Part shown: piece after piece, positions 53,639-64,000 of the stretch
How positions within the stretch are numbered: the stretch's first letter is position 1
Layout of the letters: the number at the start of each line of letters is the position of its first letter
Assembly (NCBI GenBank): GCA_964016885.1
Contig: OZ024740.1
Coordinates: 294,686,001 to 294,750,000, forward strand
Length of the DNA: 64,000 nucleotides
Reading direction: 5' to 3'
Origin: Eledone cirrhosa
Lineage: Eukaryota
The notes under the pieces: model-generated
Told to the model about the DNA's origin: nothing
The model's input: the letters and a program-made list of their open reading frames with translations, nothing else
Databases searched by the model: none
Translations under genes and position numbers: made by a program

Positions 53639-53950
53639 TAAATATATATATATAAAACAAAATATTTTTCAATCATTATTATCACCACATGAAAAGGGTG
53701 ATGATATATTAAAAAATATATTTAAAAAAATATATTAAATTAAAAGAATGATAAAAATCAAAATTTTTAAATTCCTTTAAAGCAAACAGACATAGTCCTG
53801 CTGACAATCTGTCAATTTAATTTTATAGTCAGAAAAGCTGGTATGATGGCCCAAAGCAGTTACAGTATGCATTTTATTTTTCAGCAGGACTGTGTCAATC
53901 TGTTTAAAAGAAATTAAAAAATTTATATTTCAATTTAACATTCTGTAATG

Positions 53951-54151
53951 ATTAACATCCTGTAATGATTTAGCAGAAAATATCTAAAAAGAGGTTTGTT
54001 AATTCAAATGTTTATAGTGTCTTTAGATAGAGGACAGACCATTGTGAAAATTCATAGTAAGAGTGGATAAAAGCTTTCATATTTTATGTGATGTAGTTAC
54101 AGTTTCCAAGAATTGCATGTGAATGTGTTACCATGTGGTACAGGATGTTAA
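53951..54151. mobile_element. Family B TTAA MITE
   Basis: ttaacatcctgta ... tacaggatgttaa termini; internal match to 9945-9990. Confidence 0.6.
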
Positions 54152-56689
54152 AAATTAATTTTTTTTTATAAGTACTTTTTCCTATTTTTAAAATATTGTC
54201 TACAGAGTGCACTATCTCATTTTATTATAACACCAGCACTAGGGAGGTTGTCCTCCTGACCCTTTGTTTGACAGGTTTTTACAGCTGAATGCTCTTCCTA
54301 TCACCAATCACTTTATAGCGAGTACCTTCATTATTGAATACATCTATTCTAAATTGTAGACTAATAAATGTAAACTCCTTAAACTTTTTAATCATGCTTT
54401 CAAATATCATGTTGATAATGTATAATATCAATCGTGAAATGAAACAATGGATCTCTGCTACTTTCAATGATGAATGCTCCAGTTGTTCAATCTATGGAAC
54501 ATAAGTGGGTGAGCATTCTACTCTAACGTTTTTCTCTGAGAGATTAAAGATGAGATAGTGTGTGTGACAAGTCTGGCCTTTTGAATTACAAGTACAGTCC
54601 GTGCAACAGGCTTTCAAACAGCTTGTCTACACAATTTCATTCACAAGGCATGGGTTGATCCAAGGTTATGGAAAATGACACTTTCCTAAAATACCACACA
54701 GTGGGATCAAACCGGAGACCTAATGATTGAAGTGAACTTCTTCACCATTTAGCCATGCTGTATTGACACCATTACAGACCTAGATGTTTTCTTAAACTAT
54801 ATTAGTAGGAGAGATATCCTGCAAAGAAACATGTCCCAAAGTATTGAATATTGTTTCTAATGTAGACATGAGGCCACCAATTTTGACGGAAGGCAAAGTT
54901 GATTAAATATGTATATGTATGGTCCCATAACTCTTGATGGAGTTATAGGAGCGATGTAGTAGCATATGCCCTTTCTTGGGCATTTAAAAAGCTTGGCAGA
55001 GCCTATCCCTCACCAAGTCTAAATACAACTGATTTCTTCCAGAGAAGGATAGGAAGTGAGAAAAAGATATAGTGGAAGAATCAACCCTAGTATTAGACTG
55101 GTACATTTTTTTATCAACCTCAAAAGAATGAAAGGCAGGATTTGAACTCAGTAGAGCCAGAATGAATACTGCAAAGCATTCAATCCGATGTTCTAATGAC
55201 TGCTAATTTGCAGCTCCTGTACCAGCTCTTGCAATTCTTGCACTTAATTCTGTCTTTTGTTTTCCATCACTAGTGAACACGGCCCCAAGATACTTGAACT
55301 TCTTCACCTGCTTCAGTGAAACTTCATTTACATGTAGAGTGCCCTATACAGACTTCCTTGAGAGGACGAATGTCTAAGTCTTTGTAGCACTGATTTTCAT
55401 TCCTTCCATGCAGCACTTGGCAGCAAACCTATCCAGTGCATGTCGGAGATTACCTTCGGATGAGTTAAGTCATACCATGTCATCTGCAAACTCCAACCGA
55501 TTGGTCCCACACCTTCTGGTCTCGATACCACTTCCTACCCAAATGCACATGTCAATCTTGTTTATGATACCACTTCCAACCTAACTGCACATGTCAATCC
55601 CGGTCTTGATAAACAGAAGAAGATGCATGTTATATTCTTCTACTGGTTTCAGTCACTTGACTGCAGCCATGACAGAATACCACCTTGAATGATTTTAGGG
55701 GCTCATATCAACCCCAGTACACATTTCAGCCTGGTACTAATTTTATTGATTGGTATTTCTTAAACTCGAGGTAAACTTTGCCTTTTATCCATTGAAGGTC
55801 GATAAAAAAAAAGGTCCAGTCTAGTACTGGGGTTGATTCTTCCTCTATATCTCTTTCTCACTTTCTATCCTTCTCTGGAAGAAATCTGCTTTGTTCAGAC
55901 CTGGAGAGGAGATGGGCTCCACAAAGTTATAAAATGCTCCAGAAACACCATATGTTAATATGACGCTCCTACGACTCTCTCAGGAGTTACGGGACCTTGC
56001 ATGCATTTCTTAAACTGCAAAATTATGAGACACAACCAGTATAAACAGTAACATAATTTTATACCAATATAAACATATACACTCACACACATGGTTTCTA
56101 TAAACCAAATTGCACTCACAGAATATTGGTCAAACCAAGGCAACCTGTAGATTGTGAAGCAAACACCATAACCAAACAGCCAAGATTCACCTATATATAC
56201 ATTATGTATACACAGTGTGTGTGCATGGAAAATAGATGTAAAACTGATGATGATTATATATTATAATATATATATATGGCGAATTGAAAAGTTTGCGTTA
56301 TCTAATACCAAACAAGTGTTTGCATTACAACGAAGTGATTTAATTGTATATAACTTGTCCCTCTGCCGTGTTCTCTGACCCTTTCGATATATTTTACGAA
56401 GTTTCTACAAATCCGTATATATATATATATAGAGAGAGAGAGAGGGGAGAGAAGGAGAGGGGGAGAGAATGGACCTGTGTACCCATAACATACTTGGCTT
56501 TTTGAATTAAGGTACAACACATTTTAGCTAGCCGAGTGGACTGTAGCCTAGCAACGTGAAATAAAGTATCTCGCCCCGGGAATCAAACTCACAATTGAGC
56601 CGAATAATCTAACCACTAAACTACATGCACACGTTTCATTGTCCTGTTTTATTCTTACATGTTTTTATGTGCACTTTCTCTCTCCCTCA

Positions 56690-56730
<41 letters not shown>

Positions 56731-56867
56731 GTAATTCCGGGTTGAATCGGAGGTAACCACAGTAAGTAAGGTACTCAATACATAGCAGAGTATACAAGTT
56801 TTAATATAGATGAGATTCTACAGGACTAGAACTGTTTCATTCTAGTCTTGTAGAATCTCATCTATAT

Positions 56868-57750
56868 ATATATATATATATGCGTGTATATACACATATA
56901 CACACACACATATATATATATATACACACACATACATATACAAATATATATATATATACACACACATACATATACAAATATATATATATATACACACACA
57001 TACATATACAAATATATATATATATACACACACATACATATACAAATATATATATATATACACACACATACATATACAAATATATATATATATACACACA
57101 CACATACATATACAAATATATATATATACACACACATACATATACAAATATATATATATATACACACATACATATACAAATATATATATATATACACACA
57201 TACATATACAAATATATATATATATACACACACATACATATACAAATATATATATATATACACACACACACACATATACAAATATATATATATATACACA
57301 CACACATACATATACACACATATATATACACACACACACATATATACACACACACATATATATATACACACACACATATATATACATACACACACATATA
57401 TATATATACACACACACATATACACATATATACACACACATATATATATATACACACACATATATATATATACACACACATATATATATATACACACACA
57501 TATATATACATACACACATATATATACACACATATATATATATATACACACATATATATATATATACACACATATATATATATATACACACATATATATA
57601 TATATACACACATATATATACACACATATATATATATATACACATATATATATACACACATATATATATACACACATATATATATATACACACATATATA
57701 TACACACATATATATACACACACATATACACACACACGCATATATATATA
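56868..57750. repeat. Compound (TA)n/(CA)n microsatellite, ~0.9 kb
   Basis: Higher-order unit tatatatatacacacacatacatatacaaa; source of spurious ~290-aa ORFs. Confidence 0.97.
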
Positions 57751-57771
57751 TTTATTAAAATAACAGATTAA

Positions 57772-57822
57772 AGTTTAAGCAAAGAATCGCTGCTTTCACC
57801 CTTAACGGGATCTTCTGAAACT
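57772..57822 (-). ncRNA. Hammerhead-like motif with variant core, in a small foldback (57758-57866)
   Basis: Minus strand agttt-CAGAAGA-t-ccc(gttaa)ggg-t-GAAA-gca(gcgattctt)tgc-TT-aaact; stems I, II and III all pair; core position 4 is A instead of U. Confidence 0.5.
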
Positions 57823-57950
57823 CAGTTTCAGAAGATCCCGTTAAGGGTGAAACTTTAATCTGTTATTCTAACAAATATTTGCTCTAGGGTTCTTATATAT
57901 TTATCCTTATCGAGCCCTCTTTGGATTTTAGTCTTCAAATTTATTATTAT

Positions 57951-57999
<49 letters not shown>

Positions 58000-59592
58000 T
58001 ACACTATGTTAAGGTATACATATTTAATATGTATGATGGTAATGTTTCTCAATAAATAAGCTCAATGGACCGTGGTTCAGAACATCAATAATTCAAATTT
58101 AAAAGATATATGTAGAGAAAGAGGATCATATATCATTTGAGAATATGTGTTTCTCAAACGATATATGATTCTCTCTCTACATATATCTTTTAAATTTGAA
58201 TTATATATTACACACACATCTGTATATACATGTGTGTATATCCCAGTTATCAGAATAGATACTCGAGATCCCAGAGTGTCCTAAGAAGTGACTAAAAGAG
58301 CCGGTGTTAGGAAAGGCACCCCACATTGTCTCCAACCCCAAACCGATGATAGGTGGTTTAGGATGCAGTCAGATGAGATTTTGGATTTGCTTGATTAACA
58401 AGTCTGGTGAGCAGATAGGGCTGGAGTTTGGTCTATAGCGTTTATATAGATCCGGAGCCACCAATCTGTGAAATGATCGTAACTATGTATAATCAATAAA
58501 GACCTTAATATGAAGCCTCGATTTGTTTTCAATATTTATTTATACACACACACACCTAATAGTTTTTTATACGGCAAAAGGAGAGAAATTGAGGATTAGG
58601 ATAGTTGATTAAATACTTGACGAGTACATTATTTTATCTACTGAGGTGGGATATGAACTCGGAACGTAATGAATAGGAGCAAATAACGCAAGGCATTTTG
58701 TCAGATGCTCTAATGATTCATCAATTCACTGCCTGAAATATACTATTAATGTAGGCGGTGCTTTAGTATAGACTTAGCCTTAACGGCGAAAACCAAGTGT
58801 GTGTATGTTCGCGCGCGCGTATTAAGTGTTAAACATTAACTAATCTTTTTTTTTTGAGCATCACTTATCTAACCCTATATTATCCAATGTTGTATAAAAC
58901 ATAATTTTTATGACGATAGTGCATGGATTAAGGGCGACTTGGTGTTAATTTTAGCAGATCGAGCAACCATGTTCAAATTTTCTCGGCAGCTTTCTGTGTT
59001 TTGTTTTGGTACCACATAAAATTCGTTCTTCCGTTTTTGATCTTTTAAAAATCAATAGAATATAGGGCATCTCCATCGAAATATGATAAAAACTACACAC
59101 GTATTTGAATTAGTCTCTCACTTTCCCCTCCTCCCAAGAAAACAATGTTGACAGCACAACTTTCTAAGTTCCGATTATTTAAAATATGATATTTTAGAGA
59201 AGAGAGAAATATGTTTTTAGATAAATGTATTTCGCAATACATTCTTTTTAACGTAAACAATAATTATTAATGTTTGTTGTTTGGCTTTTACTTAAAAAAG
59301 CAACAACTTATATTTACTTCTGAGATCGTCTGACATATAAGCAATACAGACCAGAATGGCCTGCAATATTTTTCTACTCTAAAAGCATAACTACAAAACT
59401 ATTACAATATACATTTAACTTTCTCACTACAAAAAGTAATTACAAGTGTAATATAGTGATGAGAAAATAAATTTTAAAAATTATAAGTGAAATAGTAAAG
59501 TATTTTACCGTACAAATGGAGCCATCCTAAAGTAAGTCACATGCCGGTGTAAACAGAATTTAGTACTGATTATATTTCAGTTCCGTGCTTAC

Positions 59593-59604
59593 CCTTTGAC
59601 TCAT
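59593..59604 (-). CDS. Candidate first coding exon of the nuclear receptor (MSQR)
   Basis: ATG AGT CAA AGG|gtaagc: strong phase-0 donor compatible with the phase-0 exon at 25927 (MSQR-RPYKM...), in a repeat-poor ~1.3-kb block; no direct transcript evidence. Confidence 0.3.
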
Positions 59605-60534
59605 TCAAGTAATTAGGTTTTCTTATTGCAATATTTTATTAGAACTATTTCAACACAGAACGAGAAATGGTTAAAAGTTTTCATACCAATATTAAAATCA
59701 TGATTTGTTTTTGTTAGATTTTTTTTTTAAAACTGAAAAGATTGTTTCATTGACAGAAATGTAATATAGGTAGGGGGGGGGGGAGGGGGGTATTTGAAAC
59801 AAGCAAACAGTCTATTTCCTCGTGATTGTCTCATTAATTAGGTCGTGGTGAGGTTTCATTTTCCTACATATAGAAATATTTATTGTAGCTACTGTTTAAA
59901 GTGCTAAGACAATCAGCTATCCATTCTTGGGCAGTAATAGATTTCAGTCTTAACAAATTTTCCATTTCACCCAAGAATAATTTTCTGTTACAACAGTAGC
60001 ATTCATAACCATTAAAATGTTGATAAGTTTAAGCCTTGGCAGGCTAATGCAGATCATTACGTAGCTTATTTCAAGTTGTTTTTTTTTCAGCCAGAAACTT
60101 GAAACAATGTTATTTAGGAAATACGAAGCCAGTTTTAAAATACATAGTAAATAGACCATTGAAAAACATGTACAAGTTGACAATTCTGTTTTATGTATCC
60201 GTTACATCATAAAAATGTCATTTCCCCCTTCAAAATTACACTTTAAGTATTGAATTTTAAAGAATGTTTGGTTCCTTAGATTTTGAGTTCAACTCTCGCC
60301 GGGGGTCGATTTGGTGTTTCATCCTTGCTAGGTTGATATAATAAATGTTTCTATTGCAGAATGCTGGATCAAGATATTGACAGTAATGCATATTCAGTAA
60401 CGAAAACATTAGTATTGTAGTCTTTCACTTTCAAACAATGTTTTTATTGACCAGACATGCATTGTGATCCTATTACAGCCGTAAACTATGTGCGTGCGCA
60501 TATATATATGCATGTATATATATATATATGTATG

Positions 60535-60872
60535 TAATATATAAGATCAAAAGATGGTTAAAGGAGTTCCATGTATTTTATTATGCGCATTTCAAAAACA
60601 AACATCATCATGCAATAATATTTGTGTTTTCATCAGATAAAACAGGAGGACATGATATGAAGGCTAAAAAACACTTGTGGATAGTGCAGTTTTAAATCAA
60701 CATATGTTGATTTAAAACTGCACTATCCACAAGTGTTTTTTAGCCTTCATATCATGTCCTCCTGTTTTATCTGATGAAAACACAAATATTATTGCATGAT
60801 GATGTTTGTTTTTGAAATGCGCATAATAAAATACATGGAACTCCTTTAACCATCTTTTGATCTTATATATTA
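60535..60872. repeat. 338-bp palindrome (169-bp arms, no spacer, no mismatch seen)
   Basis: Centre catatg at 60701-60706; arms read as exact reverse complements by eye. Confidence 0.95.
60765..60831 (+). ncRNA. Type I hammerhead ribozyme motif (mirror copy 60576-60642, minus)
   Basis: ttttat-CTGATGA-aaacacaaatatt...gatgtttgttttt-GAAA-tgcgca-TA-ataaaa; palindromic stem III ATGCGCAT. Confidence 0.8.
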
Positions 60873-61399
60873 TGTATACTCCAGTCCTACAAACTGTAGA
60901 GTGCTTCTTATCCGATATCTGCATTGCTTTATTGTACTACAATAAAACTCACCTCCTACATATATATGTATGTATATATAAACGTGTGTGATGGTGCATT
61001 GCTTAGTAGTTACGGTGTTCGGCACTTTATGTTGTCCAAGTGGCACTTTATGCCCTTGAGCAAGATACTTTACATTGCTCCAGTCTATGCAGCTGACAAA
61101 AATTAGTTGTATTTGTAATCAAAGGGCGTTGTGTTACGCCGAATCTCCCTAAGAACTACGTTAAGGCTGTTTCGTTAATCAAACAACGGGGACATCATTG
61201 AAACAGACGGAGATCCTTTCCATGTATGTTCGTATATATGTATGTATGTACGTCTCATGGTCGGATCGTTGGCGACTAAACTGGCAACCCCACCAAGGTT
61301 TCTTGGTGAGGAGGGTGACTTTGGACATAAAAACAAGACCTGTCAAAGGGTAAAGGAGCTCTTAAGAGTCAATGACCATCCAAAATCACCGGGAGAGAT

Positions 61400-61740
61400 G
61401 ACCTCTTAGTCTTTATCAAGGCAGAATTCTAGAAGGAAAACTCTGATATAACACCTGCAACTCTGATGGTATCCAATGATGTTGACTTGTTGTTCTTTTT
61501 TGGTAAATATCATCTTGGTTAAGAGAGTGGGACTGGCTTTGTGCAGTGCCTTTGTTCACTAAAAAAGCTTCACGGCACAGGCATTGTTTTATATCTGGAG
61601 ATCTCTCTGCACTTGCCACATGGTACCATGGGCCCAGCACTATGTGTCAATAATTGTCACAGGTGTAGTGTTTGTACCAGAGTTTTCAAGTCGCTGGCTG
61701 GACTAAAAAGTCACACTCGTTCAGCGCATTGGTAGGAGTT
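61400..61740 (+). mobile_element. Degenerate RTE/BovB-like LINE 3' end
   Basis: C-terminal C2H2-like CSVCTRVFKSLAGLKSHTRSAH. Confidence 0.5.
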
Positions 61741-62214
61741 CTCCTACATGGATATAAAGTAGTGGCCGTACTCGAAAACGAGTTGGCAGCCACCATGTAT
61801 GTACGTATGTATGCATGTATGTAGTGCCGAAAGGATTGCTGAAAAAATAAATAAGTTCGTATAGCTTCAAATCGATTAGTTCTAGAATTGAGGTGATTAA
61901 GTCTAGCCAGGGCTCGTTTTATGACTAGGTTCAACTGGATGTGGCAAGCGAATCGATGTGTATTTGACAATCTATGAAGACCCAGACAATCAAGGGGCTT
62001 GTCACACCGACTTGCATAAATTAGGTGACAGCTTGAATATCGATCGGATTGATCAGAGAGAGTCGAAAATAGTTGTTTCTACTTTTGGCACAAGGCCAGC
62101 AATTACTGGTACTTTATTTTATCGACCCCGTAAGGACGAAAGGCAAAATTGACCTCGGCGGGATTTAACTCAGAATGGAAAAGGCTGAGAGAGAGTCGAA
62201 AATAATGTTTCGAT

Positions 62215-62450
62215 AATAGATTTTCCCATATCTCAGAGAGAAAGATTCCAGCCTGTGGCGTTCGAGACGTTTGGTGAAATAGGGCCTCTGACAGAAGTTC
62301 TTGTCTTTACTGGCGATTCACCTTACTGAGGTGTCTGGTGATGTCCGTGAGGGTACCTGGTTATTTCAGTGCCTTAGCCTCGCCATCACCCGTGGTAATG
62401 CTGCGAGCGTGTTGGCTTCCTTGAAAGTGTGCAGGTTGGCTTGCCTAAGA
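62215..62450 (+). mobile_element. Fragment of a non-LTR element with a restriction-like endonuclease (CRE-like C-terminus)
   Basis: FQPVAFETFGEIGP then LSLLAIHLTEVSGDVREGTWLFQCLSLAITRGNAASVL. Confidence 0.7.
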
Positions 62451-64000
62451 TGTGAGGTGCGGCCGATTATCACACTTGGTGGTGAATTGGCCCCCCACCC
62501 CCTCTTTTTTTCTTTCCTTTATCATTTTTGTTCAATGAATTTATATTATTGTGTTATTATACACGGTTTAGACATTATATTTATCCTTTTGAACGAATTA
62601 CGAACAATTTATATTGTTATTTATGTATATATTTAAAACATTTGCAACGTTATTCTACTGTAAATTTATACAACTGTATTTGACTGATACTTTTTACCAG
62701 CCTTGGAAAGATGAAATGAAATAGAATTGCGTCAGCAAAATAGAGTACCAGTAAAGTGCTGGATCAGTTTAATCGTCTTTCTCCTCCACCTATTATTAAA
62801 TACACACTCATTTTATTATTTTGCTGGGCTATTCAACCATAAAACGTAATAAAATTACCAATGAAATACTGGATCAATGAAGTGGTCAAAATTGTGGCCT
62901 TGTGCCGATGTCAAAAATTATTTATTTTAAAATAGCTTTTTAAAATGTTTGTTAGTCTCTCGTATGATACTCAATAATTTTCCCGAATTATGGGAAAAAC
63001 ATGATTTTTTTGTGAAGATCACGTAACATTTTGTAAATAGTGAAAACATGAAATATATTTTTTAGTATTGAATCGTGAGGCCCAAGAAAGCTTATTAGTT
63101 ATATTTTTTAAGCACTCGCCAAATTCCGCTCATACGATATTGTTGGCCAACCCAGTGGTAGAAGACTCCACGCTGTGGAGTCGAACTCAAGCTCCTTAAC
63201 CACACAGCAATGCATGTACCCCCCCCCCCCCCAACACATATAACCGTGTTTTCCGTTTTATTAGAAATAGTTCATTTAGAGAGGTAACTGTATTTTATTT
63301 AGATTAGTCAATTATTGAAGTATTAAATAGAATTGTTCCTAATTTAGGCTCAACGCCAGCAATTTTAGCGAAAGAGAAAATCGATTAAATCGGCTCCAGT
63401 ACGTGACTCAAACTTTATTATTACTCCAGCAGGATGAAGGTTGGTTTTATCAACTTTGCCCATCCTCCAAATTTGCCTGCCTTATGCCTAAAATAGAAAT
63501 CATTATTTAGTTTGAGGAGGATGAGCAGCATCTGTGGCCTTTGCAGGCACTCCCAAACGGGTGAGGTCGATGCAGTTGATACTATGCGACTTGGAATTCT
63601 GTAGGTTGATGCAGGGAGAAAAAAACAAACTAATAAACAAGCTAACAACGGTGTTCTTGTGACGTGGCAAGCAAGATATAGCACAGGTCCGTCGCCAGAC
63701 GTTTTTTTTTTTAATATAAACTATTTTCTAAATCTAAGGGTGCACCATTGAAAATTAGTGGGCTGTGTCATCCAGTGCTCCAGCCACCTTCCTTGGCAAA
63801 AGGGGTGTTTGGGCGTGTCATATTAGTGTTGATGAAAGGAGGGAAAATATTCCTGCATCGAGTAAACTTTGGTGGAGGGCAGTTCTCTAGTTCGCAGAAG
63901 TCATTGTAAAAAGATAAAAAAGACGCATATGTGGGTATTGCGTGTTGACGAATAGAACTTTGCCAATGAGCAAGGGAGGTCTTTTTTGTGAGATGCAGTT

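Noticed and set aside
56842-57771. Five ORFs of ~290 aa
   Set aside because: Translations of a TA/CA microsatellite (YIYI/HTHT); not coding

Overview
AT-rich, repeat-dense eukaryotic DNA. The SINE and RTE repeats look cephalopod (Octopus-like); this is an inference from repeat recall, not a search. The one clear host gene is a minus-strand NR1-like nuclear receptor. I could splice six coding exons by hand (25927-25799, 24559-24418, 14644-14433, 12861-12633, 10657-10433, 9528-9287). All junctions are GT-AG and phase-consistent, giving 392 codons plus a stop, a C4 zinc-finger DBD with P-box CEACKG, and a full LBD with AF-2. A possible first coding exon lies about 33.7 kb upstream near 59.6 kb. 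The rest is mostly transposon debris: RTE LINEs and their (GAT)n tails, tRNA-derived SINEs, TTAA-flanked MITEs, a Buster-type hAT element nested in a Tc1/mariner-type repeat, a probable solo LTR, CR1/CRE fragments and Penelope-like remnants. The most striking signal is a set of long DNA palindromes (up to a 338-bp palindrome in which I saw no mismatch) whose arms carry type I hammerhead ribozyme motifs, most with a self-complementary stem III and all pointing outward. Several solo hammerhead motifs also occur. Boundaries of degenerate repeats are approximate.
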